Origin: a virus
Lineage: Duplodnaviria; Caudoviricetes
Reading direction: 5' to 3' (one strand)
Length of the DNA stretch: 64,000 nt
Virus record (IMG/VR): IMGVR_UViG_3300027533_000015
Coordinates: 1-64,000 of that record
A program made the translations under genes and the position numbers. Numbering within the stretch: position 1 is the stretch's first letter; each line of letters starts with the position of its first letter. This document shows positions 1-8,400 of this stretch, piece by piece. The notes under the pieces are model-generated. The model saw nothing but the letters and a program-made list of their open reading frames with translations. It was not told the origin of the DNA and did not search any database.

Positions 1-675
1 AGCATCCACTCTTGCTTTAGCTGATGCTTCTTCAGGAGATGGCCCTTTGATAGTTGCTACTACTTCCTCCTGACCATGCTTCAAGCCTAACAGCAACTCC
101 ACCATCAAATCAATCTTCTCATCTGTGGTCAAACCCTGTAACAGAGCCAAGGTCTCTACCTTATCTCCATTCTTTACAGATTTGCCCACTGATTTTACCA
201 CATCACTGATGGCTTCAGCTTTGCTGGCACTGGCCTTTGCTTTTGTTCCCGGAGAATACTTCTCCAATAATGCTTCAAGGTCAGCAGAGGACACCCTTGT
301 GTAATTCTGACCATTGACAGTAAAGAAGTCCCTTGCCCTTTCTCCATCCCTCTCAATCAGGGTTTTGATCCTTTCATAAATCTCTCCCCTGCTGAGTCCT
401 CCTGACTTACTCTTCACCGGCATCATGAATAAAAAGAAGTTTTCTCTTGGCACCACTGCATCTTTATGCTCAAAAGTGTGCCTGTTGGTACTCTCCACAC
501 ATTTCATGTGGTCAGTGTCAAATCCCTTTTGATCAAGGATTTTCTTCAGTTCACTCCAAGTTGAACCTGAAAAGGAGATTTCTGTCTTTTCCCCTCTTGT
601 ACTAACAGTAGTGATAGTCCTAGTGTTAGAGTTTGCTGTCTGTGTGGCTGTGCCACTGCCTTGTTGTTCACTCAT
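1..675 (-). CDS. Partial protein (runs off the left edge) with an N-terminal ubiquitin-like (beta-grasp) domain ending KSKSGG
   Basis: Not in the ORF track; translated by hand from ATG 675: MSEQQ...TRTITTVST-RGEKTEISF-SGSTWSELKKIL...FFLFMMPVKSKSGG-LSRGEIYERIK; frame open to position 1. Confidence 0.6.
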   Translation of the reverse strand, partial: MSEQQGSGTATQTANSNTRTITTVSTRGEKTEISFSGSTWSELKKILDQKGFDTDHMKCVESTNRHTFEHKDAVVPRENFFLFMMPVKSKSGGLSRGEIYERIKTLIERDGERARDFFTVNGQNYTRVSSADLEALLEKYSPGTKAKASASKAEAISDVVKSVGKSVKNGDKVETLALLQGLTTDEKIDLMVELLLGLKHGQEEVVATIKGPSPEEASAKARVDA

Positions 676-689
676 TTTTGTTTGGATTT

Positions 690-1421
690 TTACCAGTTAA
701 TAATTGTGTTACCTTTTATGCTCAATAAACCATTACAAATTCTAAAATGATCACATCCTGAAAACCTGTACTTACTGTCAGGATATGCTTCTGCTGCTGG
801 ATGATTCCCTTCAAGGATGTAGTTGGTCAGATGACTTACACTGGCTACAGTATTTGTCTCCACACCAACAATAACCTTGTCAGGAATATAATCCTTAAAC
901 GCCTTGGCCTTTGATCCCCATAATATCCACACAGGTTTTACCTGAAGCCCTATTATCTTTATCACTTCTCTGGTGAACCACTGCCAGATACCCATGTGAG
1001 AGCCACTGTTCCTGAATTCTACTGTTAATGCTGCATTGAGCAGGAATACTCCTTGTGCCTCCCAATGAAGAAGATTACTCCATATATCCACTTTTGCCAG
1101 TGGAGCATTGGTTCTGGCTATTTCACCATAGATAACCTTCAATGAAGGAGTAAAAGTTTCTGAAGCAAATGCTAAACCTGTAGCTTCTCCATTTGGATAA
1201 GGGTCTTGTCCCAGTATGACCACTTTGATGTTCTGCATTGGCATCCTGAACACCTTGAATACATCTTCACCTTTGGGACAGAATGGAGTTCTTGGAATAA
1301 TGTCCCTGTTCATGATCTCCATCTTTTTGTCTTCAAATAAGGGTTGCAGATATTCATGCCATGATTCATGAATGATGGAAGGCAGTTCTGCCTTTTTTGG
1401 CTCTGGGTTTTGGTTGATCAT
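690..1421 (-). CDS. ung: Uracil-DNA glycosylase, family 1
   Basis: GQDPY catalytic motif, GLAF, GVFLLNAALTV, LWG, HPAA. Confidence 0.95.
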   Translation of the reverse strand: MINQNPEPKKAELPSIIHESWHEYLQPLFEDKKMEIMNRDIIPRTPFCPKGEDVFKVFRMPMQNIKVVILGQDPYPNGEATGLAFASETFTPSLKVIYGEIARTNAPLAKVDIWSNLLHWEAQGVFLLNAALTVEFRNSGSHMGIWQWFTREVIKIIGLQVKPVWILWGSKAKAFKDYIPDKVIVGVETNTVASVSHLTNYILEGNHPAAEAYPDSKYRFSGCDHFRICNGLLSIKGNTIINW

Positions 1422-1596
1422 CTTCAGATTGTTTTATCAAGTAATAAAATAACTCCTTTGCAGATGGAGCATACTTTCCAATCTTTCTTTGTTCTTCTAC
1501 AAATCTCTCATACACTGGCATCAATGTGTTAATAGGATATAATGGTTTCTTCGCAAATAAATCTTCATTTCCCATTTCCACTTTCATAAATTCCAA
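1366..1596 (-). CDS. Small hypothetical protein
   Basis: Fills the gap between primase and ung and overlaps both; start uncertain. Confidence 0.45.
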   Translation of the reverse strand: MEFMKVEMGNEDLFAKKPLYPINTLMPVYERFVEEQRKIGKYAPSAKELFYYLIKQSEDDQPKPRAKKGRTAFHHS

Positions 1597-2608
1597 TTTG
1601 TTTTAATACGGTGAATAAATCTTGTTTACCTTCCTTGTTAATGAATTCCCCTGGGTCTTTCCATGTTAATTTTCTTGAAATAAATACTGGTAAATGAACC
1701 ATCCTACAGCACCCTTGTCTGATAGAATTAAAAATATCACATAGCTTCATGGCTGCTATTATCCCATCCACATCATTGTCATAGAAGATGGTGATGAGCT
1801 TAAATCTCTGTGTGAGGTTCACTAATATCTCCCTCTCTGGCACACAGCCTTCACTCTGAAACCATATCACATTCAATCCCCACTCCAAATTCCTTAAGAC
1901 CCTATGATCCTTGTAGCTCTTTTGAATGATCAACTCTTCACCACTGGGAGGCAGGTTATCAAAGTTGCCAATATTGTTCTCATCACAATTGGTGATGAAC
2001 CTGTACTTGATGCTGTAAGGCTGATAGAACTTCTTCCTGTCAATAAAATCAAATACATAACAATACTGGTATATGTTAATCTGCTTGAGCTTTCCATCCT
2101 TTAAAACAGTAAACCTCCTGACAGCATAGGAATTATCTGAAAGGAGGTGTTCAGGCTTGATAAGGAACTGTGACCAGTGAATAATGTCAGCTCTTGAAAA
2201 TGGCTTTGATTCATACTCCATTGGCATAAAGGACTTCTCCATCCTATCATACTTTACTATTCCCTCTTCACTATAGTCACTTTTACAAATGGACAAATTA
2301 AATTCCTTGCATAGTAGTCTTATTGCCCCATGCATGGTGACATTGAACTTATCCATGACCATCCTGAATGCACTTCTGTGAGTTTTATTGGGGTGGAGGA
2401 ACTTCTCTCCAAAGTCTACAAATACTATAGTCCCATCAGGTCTCTGTTCAAACCTGCAATCTGGCCTCTTATCTTCTCTGAATGGAGATAGGTATCTATC
2501 ATTGAAATCAAACTGCTTCTTTAGCACAAATTCAAATATCTGCTGCTGTGTTATCTTCTGTAGTATCTGATCAGGGGTTAATTCAATAAGACCTTCATAG
2601 CCATACAT
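1565..2608 (-). CDS. DnaG-like DNA primase (crAss type)
   Basis: N-terminal SPFREDKRP..F..DFG degenerate zinc-binding region; TOPRIM-like IQKSYKD, FYDNDVDG, KDP; replication context. Confidence 0.85.
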   Translation of the reverse strand: MYGYEGLIELTPDQILQKITQQQIFEFVLKKQFDFNDRYLSPFREDKRPDCRFEQRPDGTIVFVDFGEKFLHPNKTHRSAFRMVMDKFNVTMHGAIRLLCKEFNLSICKSDYSEEGIVKYDRMEKSFMPMEYESKPFSRADIIHWSQFLIKPEHLLSDNSYAVRRFTVLKDGKLKQINIYQYCYVFDFIDRKKFYQPYSIKYRFITNCDENNIGNFDNLPPSGEELIIQKSYKDHRVLRNLEWGLNVIWFQSEGCVPEREILVNLTQRFKLITIFYDNDVDGIIAAMKLCDIFNSIRQGCCRMVHLPVFISRKLTWKDPGEFINKEGKQDLFTVLKQIGIYESGNGK

Positions 2609-2716
2609 AGTTTAGAGATTTAAAAGAACAATAGGTGAGTCCTTTCTTGAGTTTCTCAACCAAGAGCCACGTAGCTTCTCTTTGTTAGCTACCCTCCCTC
2701 ACCTATTGAACTAATT

Positions 2717-3517
2717 TTACCACGCAGATTTCTGAGCTGAACCTGCAGCTTGAGTAGCTGCTGCTGCATTTGCTGATGCTGCATCAGTACCATTAACTGC
2801 ACCACCAACTCTCTGTTGACGAGCAAAGTTACTTGTCATGAACCAGCCATTTTTAACAAATGGATGTTCTTCACCTTTCTCATTAACATACCACAGAGCT
2901 TTCTTTGTCTGTTCTGTGATTACACCTTCTGCTCTTTTCTCTACCCATGTCCCTGGCTGTGCAGGTCTCAACCATGCACCATACTTCATCTTTCTTGGAA
3001 TCTCCAGATAAGTTCTTTCCTGTCCTTCACTCATCTGCCATTGAAACTGCAGGAAGATATCAAGGTTAATCTCCTTGTAGTTCTTGGGCAGCATTGACAT
3101 TACTATCTGGCAGAATTCCTTGAAGCTGGAAATGGGTCTTGCCAAACCTGCTTGGATAGCTTCACTCTCCATAAAGGCATGAAGGATATGGGTCACCCTT
3201 GCATTGAAATCCTGCATGGCATCCTTAAATTCTGCTGAATTAGGGTCAATGGTCTCCCCTTTATTATCAGGCAGGAATGCCTTGGTCACAGGAAACATCC
3301 TGTAGTTCTTCTCCACTTTGTTGATGACAAAAGTCACATCCAGAGCTTCCTGTTCAGCTCCACTTGCCCCACCATTGGGAATCCATTCAAACTTTATGAG
3401 ATTGGTTACACCAAAGTTTCCTCCAAAATTAAATGGACTGATTTTCACTTCATCTGTCTGGTAACCATACCCCGCTGGGGCAGTGGTTCCTGTTGGTAAT
3501 TGCTGATCACTCATCAT
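2717..3517 (-). CDS. Putative single-stranded DNA-binding protein
   Basis: Lies between the AAA ATPase and primase as in crAss-like replication modules; flexible Ala-rich tail ending in W. Confidence 0.5.
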   Translation of the reverse strand: MMSDQQLPTGTTAPAGYGYQTDEVKISPFNFGGNFGVTNLIKFEWIPNGGASGAEQEALDVTFVINKVEKNYRMFPVTKAFLPDNKGETIDPNSAEFKDAMQDFNARVTHILHAFMESEAIQAGLARPISSFKEFCQIVMSMLPKNYKEINLDIFLQFQWQMSEGQERTYLEIPRKMKYGAWLRPAQPGTWVEKRAEGVITEQTKKALWYVNEKGEEHPFVKNGWFMTSNFARQQRVGGAVNGTDAASANAAAATQAAGSAQKSAW

Positions 3518-3563
3518 TAATACGTATTAAAAATTAAAAATTACGATGTTTATTTGCTTTATC

Positions 3564-3974
3564 TTACCATAATCCCTTTTTCACTTCCACAGGGTCTTGA
3601 CTGGCAGCAGCAGGTGCAGCTTCAGCAGCTTTAGGCTTCTGTTCTTCAGCTTCAGCTACAGCTTCAGCCTGCAGTTGCAATGTTGGAGCTTCACTTGCAC
3701 CATTGGAAGCAGGGGCAATAGCACCTTCATCTTTAGGCTTGCGTGGAATCTTTGGTTTCTTCTCAATGGGTGGTGGAGCATCATCAATGATGGTAAAGGT
3801 CATAGGCTTACGGGTTTTCTTTCCCAGAAGAGCAGGATGCTGGAATAACTGTTTAGCTTCAGCCAGTGTGATACCATACTTTGCTGCAATAGCTGGCCTG
3901 TCAAGACCATCTGTTAAATCCTGCAATACTCCCTTAATAGAGATTGGTTTTTTTTCTGTTGCCATGTTATACAA
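3564..3974 (-). CDS. Hypothetical protein with an N-terminal HTH-like segment and low-complexity tail
   Basis: GLDRPAIAAKYGITLAEAKQLF; probable start MATEK at 3965. Confidence 0.55.
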   Translation of the reverse strand: MYNMATEKKPISIKGVLQDLTDGLDRPAIAAKYGITLAEAKQLFQHPALLGKKTRKPMTFTIIDDAPPPIEKKPKIPRKPKDEGAIAPASNGASEAPTLQLQAEAVAEAEEQKPKAAEAAPAAASQDPVEVKKGLW

Positions 3975-4011
3975 TTTTTGTTTGTTTACAATGTGGTTAT
4001 CAAATCATGAA

Positions 4012-4683
4012 TTAGTAAGTAGCCAATTTTTCAAGGATCATATTGAAGTCATTTTCAATTTTGCCTTCAAACAATCCCATAGTGCTTCTTGCTGTATTAA
4101 AGCCATTGTTCTGAGTCTCAAGGATGAAACTTGGCTTTCCTCCATCCATCTCCACTCTTGAATATAATACAGTTTCCATCTTGCCCTCCAACTGCATCTT
4201 GGTGCCCAGCTTTCCTAAAATCTTTAGCCTTTCCTTGGTATCATTGCCAACTTTATAGGTCTCAGTATGACCCAAAATAAATGCATACCTGTCCTTCTCA
4301 AATCCATCATTGTCAAGACCTATCTTGACATGGGTAATGATGTCTGTGTAAGTCTGTGGAATGACATGATACCTTGGTCTTGGCTCTGTCTTCTTGCCAT
4401 ACTCCTCCTTGCCTCCTATCCAGACAGGATTCTTGTTATCCGCATTATACCAGATATTGGAATCATGAGGAAGTGTCCTCTGGCCTGAACTCTTTCCAGT
4501 TCCCGGCTCTCCTAATATCAGTATATTCTCAAACCCAAAATCCTGTAAAGTAGCCATGAAGGTGTAAATGGTCTGACCATAATCCTTCCATTGATCATGA
4601 CCCGGCTTTCTTCTATCTGCCATAAACTCATCACTCTGTATAGCTGTCAGAGTGTCAATGCAAATGCTTCTGATTTTTGCCAT
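4012..4683 (-). CDS. AAA_24/Sak4-like P-loop ATPase with rearranged motif order
   Basis: Walker A GEPGTGKS; Walker B-like ICIDTLT at the extreme N-terminus; ILGH strand; ARS.MGLF C-terminal motif. Confidence 0.75.
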   Translation of the reverse strand: MAKIRSICIDTLTAIQSDEFMADRRKPGHDQWKDYGQTIYTFMATLQDFGFENILILGEPGTGKSSGQRTLPHDSNIWYNADNKNPVWIGGKEEYGKKTEPRPRYHVIPQTYTDIITHVKIGLDNDGFEKDRYAFILGHTETYKVGNDTKERLKILGKLGTKMQLEGKMETVLYSRVEMDGGKPSFILETQNNGFNTARSTMGLFEGKIENDFNMILEKLATY

Positions 4684-4691
4684 AGTTTGTC

Positions 4692-5831
4692 TTAGATTGT
4701 TTTTTGGTTATTGAATAATGGTGTGAAGGTGCTGATACCTCCATACATGTTTGTCTGGATATGGGCAGGACACTTGGTATTTCTGGATTCTGTAATGTGA
4801 ATGCTCCTGTAATGCGGATTCTCTTTCAACTCTACTCCCATGTGCTTCTTTAAATTATACTTTTCATCTCCGGGATTGAACAAGGTCATGAATATAGTGC
4901 ACTCCTCTGCTGGATTTCCACTGTCCTTGCAATCATCAGCAGTGGGGAATACCTGCTCTCCTGCCATCCTTAGTCTATCTACATTGGCTAAATTCCTGTT
5001 ACTGTGAATAACATGAATGAAAGTCCATGCACATAAATTCCTGATGATAGTAGAGTACTCCAAATACTTATCAATGTTCTCCTTCATGCTGAAGCCTCTC
5101 TCTCTTCTCAGCTTCCTGATGTGATCTGTAATGACAATGGTAAACTTATCAGGATCATTGGGAACATAGCCTGAAACTCTCTGTCTTTGCACCCTGTTAC
5201 CCTGATCATCCACAGTCCAGTAAGTAGTATAGAGAAACTTCCCTTGTGTAGCAGCATGATGCAGCAGGAACTTGTTAATCCCTGTAGGATTCTCTGGTTC
5301 TTCAATGATGTGAATCTTACCAGCCTTCAACATTGTTCCATCAGCAGCATACTCTCCAAATAAAGGAATGATCCTTTCATCATAGACCTTCTTCAGTATC
5401 TCAAAGTGCTCATCACTTACCTGTACTACTTCCAGAGTGCCATCAGGATTCTCATGCAATTGCTGCCCCTTCAGGTAAACATCACTCATAGCATAGGTCT
5501 TTTCTTTGTACACATAATTGTAGATACCATGATCATGAGCCATGAAGAATGCTGCAAACTTAAACTCCTTGCTTACCCTGTCAATCTCATAAGAAAAATA
5601 GATCCACTCCACCTTATCCAGTATCCCTAATGCCAAACATTGTAAATAGGGATGAATGACAAAACTGAAATCACACAGTGTAGTCTTCCCGCATTTAGGT
5701 GCTGCTGCCAAGCCTATGCTTGTTTTTCTTTGAAGCCCGTTTATTGCTTTATCCAATCCCTTTATCCCAGTGGTCAATCCAAAACTCTTACCCTGTCTGC
5801 CCTTTTTGTAGGTTTCAATAAAGTTGCTCAT
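4692..5831 (-). CDS. DnaB-like (SF4) replicative helicase
   Basis: TTGIKGLDKAING, Walker A AAPKCGKT, YFSYE, VITDH, HSNR, D.KDSG. Confidence 0.85.
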   Translation of the reverse strand: MSNFIETYKKGRQGKSFGLTTGIKGLDKAINGLQRKTSIGLAAAPKCGKTTLCDFSFVIHPYLQCLALGILDKVEWIYFSYEIDRVSKEFKFAAFFMAHDHGIYNYVYKEKTYAMSDVYLKGQQLHENPDGTLEVVQVSDEHFEILKKVYDERIIPLFGEYAADGTMLKAGKIHIIEEPENPTGINKFLLHHAATQGKFLYTTYWTVDDQGNRVQRQRVSGYVPNDPDKFTIVITDHIRKLRRERGFSMKENIDKYLEYSTIIRNLCAWTFIHVIHSNRNLANVDRLRMAGEQVFPTADDCKDSGNPAEECTIFMTLFNPGDEKYNLKKHMGVELKENPHYRSIHITESRNTKCPAHIQTNMYGGISTFTPLFNNQKTI

Positions 5832-6358
5832 GATAAGATTTCTCCTTTAACATTAGTGTCAGGGTCTCCGGGATGAGCTACCTTCTCACAATACTCCAAC
5901 AGTGTGCTCTTCTTCATTGCCCCTGCTCCATCAAAAATGAACTTGTGAGACTTCATACAGAACTTAGGCTGTGTCACAGAGAAATATAAATCTCTTGCTG
6001 CATACACATCTTCTTTCCTGTACTCAGGATACTTGGCAAAGAAAGCCTTCATCCTGTCTACAGCATCCCTGTAGCTCCCTTTTCTTTCAGTGTTCATCCT
6101 GCCAAATCCAGCTATCCAATCTTCTACCCATGCAAAAGAAAATTCAATACCCTTGAACAAAGGCATATTCCACACTATCTGCCTGCTATCATACTCCTTC
6201 TCTACGATTTTAGTCAGATTAATGCCTCTTAGTGTTTCCTCTGGGACTAACCTATCCACATCCAGGTTGTGATAGATGCCCAATAAAAATAAAAGTCCCT
6301 CATCTCTGTTGATATGATGGACTCTTAATAGTTCAATGACTTCGGGGTTAAATTCCAT
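5828..6358 (-). CDS. Hypothetical replication-associated protein (possible helicase loader/initiator)
   Basis: Overlaps the DnaB-like start codon (translational coupling). Confidence 0.5.
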   Translation of the reverse strand: MEFNPEVIELLRVHHINRDEGLLFLLGIYHNLDVDRLVPEETLRGINLTKIVEKEYDSRQIVWNMPLFKGIEFSFAWVEDWIAGFGRMNTERKGSYRDAVDRMKAFFAKYPEYRKEDVYAARDLYFSVTQPKFCMKSHKFIFDGAGAMKKSTLLEYCEKVAHPGDPDTNVKGEILS

Positions 6359-6385
6359 TGCTTTGATTTTTGATGTGATGTGATT

Positions 6386-6700
6386 TTAAATCATGTTGCT
6401 ATCATCAATCTCCTCCTCCTGCTGTTCTTTTTGGTTAAGCCTCTCCTTTAAAAGCTTTTTAGCATCCAGTGTATAATCAGTTGATTCCATAATGATACAG
6501 AGGTGAGCTGAAGTCACTTCATCTAACTCCAGCTTACCCCTGTAAAATTGCTTTGCTGCCAAACTGTTTCCAGCAGAGTCACTGTCAATGAATACTGAGT
6601 AGTAATCAAATTCAGTGGTGATGTCATTGTCTGTTCTTTTCCTTTCTGTCCAGAAGACTGCATACTTCGTGGTAATTACCATTTCCGTTGTCTTTGCCAT
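6386..6700 (-). CDS. Hypothetical protein
   Basis: In-operon ORF with A-rich start context. Confidence 0.6.
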   Translation of the reverse strand: MAKTTEMVITTKYAVFWTERKRTDNDITTEFDYYSVFIDSDSAGNSLAAKQFYRGKLELDEVTSAHLCIIMESTDYTLDAKKLLKERLNQKEQQEEEIDDSNMI

Positions 6701-6727
6701 AATTGGTATTTTAATTGTTGATTTACT

Positions 6728-8107
6728 CTAAAAGGATATAGTATCCAACTCCAACCTCAACCTTGACAATTCCACTGTAGTGATGTTAGCCACACTAAAT
6801 CCTGCTGTAGCTGATTTCACCCACTCTTTATCCATACTATCTTCCACGCACAATATTATAATCTTGCCTCTATGCCCCGGCTTATACCTGATAGCCCTTC
6901 CTATTCTCTGAATGAGGTTCTTTGCATTTCTATTGAGTTGCACTACAAAAGCCACATCAATATCATTCAGGTTATGTCCTTCATTCAGAGCATCAACACA
7001 AGCCATCCTGTCTATGATCCCACTCTTGAAATCATCAAAGGCTGCATCACCTTCATATACCTTCATCATCTGCTCATATTCTATAGTATCCTTCACAAAT
7101 TTATCCAGCTTGGCTGCTGAAGGATTATTTGGTAGCTTCTTTGGCAGGGATGGCTTGGAGAAATAAGTCCTGTCACAGAGTTCTACTGCTTGCTTTTTAC
7201 CACCACAGAATATCAATGTTCTCAGCTCTTTTGGTATGATATGTTCAAGGATTAGCTTTGCTGCTTTAGTCTTACTTCGTAGATCATAAATAAATCTCAT
7301 TCTTTGAATAAATCCCATCTTGGTTGGTCTGGAGAATGCTGATCTGCTAAGGTATTCATATCTTGATTTCTCTGTCTGAAAAAATCTGTTAGTTGCTGAT
7401 CCTCCCTCTATATATTTATCCACACTGTCAAGATACATGGTCACAATGGTGATATCATAAGGAGCTACTATTCCAAGCATCACTGCTTCATCCAGTGTCA
7501 GTTCATAAACACAGGAGAACTTCAAGTCAGAAAATATCCTTTCTTTATCCACTCCCCTTGGTTTGGTAGCAGTCAGCACCATGCAATGATCCACTGTATT
7601 CTGTGCAAAGAACTTCACCACATTATTATCTGTGGCATTATGCCCTTCATCCAGTACCACATAAGTGAAATGCTGGCCCTCATACTTGTTCAATGAGGCA
7701 TAGCATGTCCTTTCTACTGTATTCCATACCTCACCTGCCTCCCACTTCTCAAATTCCTCTTTCCAATTCTCATCTCTCAGCTTCTCAGTTGGAACCACTA
7801 TCAGGACTTTGGATGGCCTAACTCCTTTACAGACATTGTAATCATAAACTGCTAAATCTACTCCTATCTTAGATTTTCCTGATCCTGTAGCCATATAGAC
7901 AGAACCCCATCCACCATTGGCTACAAATGCCTCCTTTGCCTCCATCTGAACTCTATCCTTAATCTGATAGCTTATCTTGACCTTTTCCTCATCAGTCAGA
8001 ACCTCATCTAAAGCTATCCTTATGTCAAGAATTTCCTGGGCATGCAATTTAATACTTTCTTTGGCATGAAGTATCTCCGATAACCTCATTAAATTTGAAT
8101 GTGTCAT
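6728..8107 (-). CDS. Superfamily 2 (DExH) helicase
   Basis: ATGSGKS, VVPT, DEGH, LTAT, QRIGRAIR. Confidence 0.92.
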   Translation of the reverse strand: MTHSNLMRLSEILHAKESIKLHAQEILDIRIALDEVLTDEEKVKISYQIKDRVQMEAKEAFVANGGWGSVYMATGSGKSKIGVDLAVYDYNVCKGVRPSKVLIVVPTEKLRDENWKEEFEKWEAGEVWNTVERTCYASLNKYEGQHFTYVVLDEGHNATDNNVVKFFAQNTVDHCMVLTATKPRGVDKERIFSDLKFSCVYELTLDEAVMLGIVAPYDITIVTMYLDSVDKYIEGGSATNRFFQTEKSRYEYLSRSAFSRPTKMGFIQRMRFIYDLRSKTKAAKLILEHIIPKELRTLIFCGGKKQAVELCDRTYFSKPSLPKKLPNNPSAAKLDKFVKDTIEYEQMMKVYEGDAAFDDFKSGIIDRMACVDALNEGHNLNDIDVAFVVQLNRNAKNLIQRIGRAIRYKPGHRGKIIILCVEDSMDKEWVKSATAGFSVANITTVELSRLRLELDTISF

Positions 8108-8164
8108 GTTTTGTTGTTTTAGGGTACTTAAAGTGTATTTTTTGTTGTTTTCAAATGTGGATAA

Positions 8165-8398
8165 CTAATTATCTTTTAGCAGATGGTATAGCTCCCTGAA
8201 TGAAATAAGATATAAAGTCCTTGCTACTCTTGTCATTATTCCTTCCTTAGATATGATATACCACCCACCTTGTGATCTTACTAAGGCATTTCTTAGGCCA
8301 TTAAAGGCACAGAATGAAGTGATAGCTCTTGTAGATAGTACTGGCTCATCAGGATCAATAGTCCTATACCTGCCACTAATCCAGATTCTTGTTTCCAT
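8165..8398 (-). CDS. Hypothetical protein
   Basis: Starts 2 nt after the polymerase stop codon. Confidence 0.55.
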   Translation of the reverse strand: METRIWISGRYRTIDPDEPVLSTRAITSFCAFNGLRNALVRSQGGWYIISKEGIMTRVARTLYLISFRELYHLLKDN

Positions 8399-8400
8399 GT

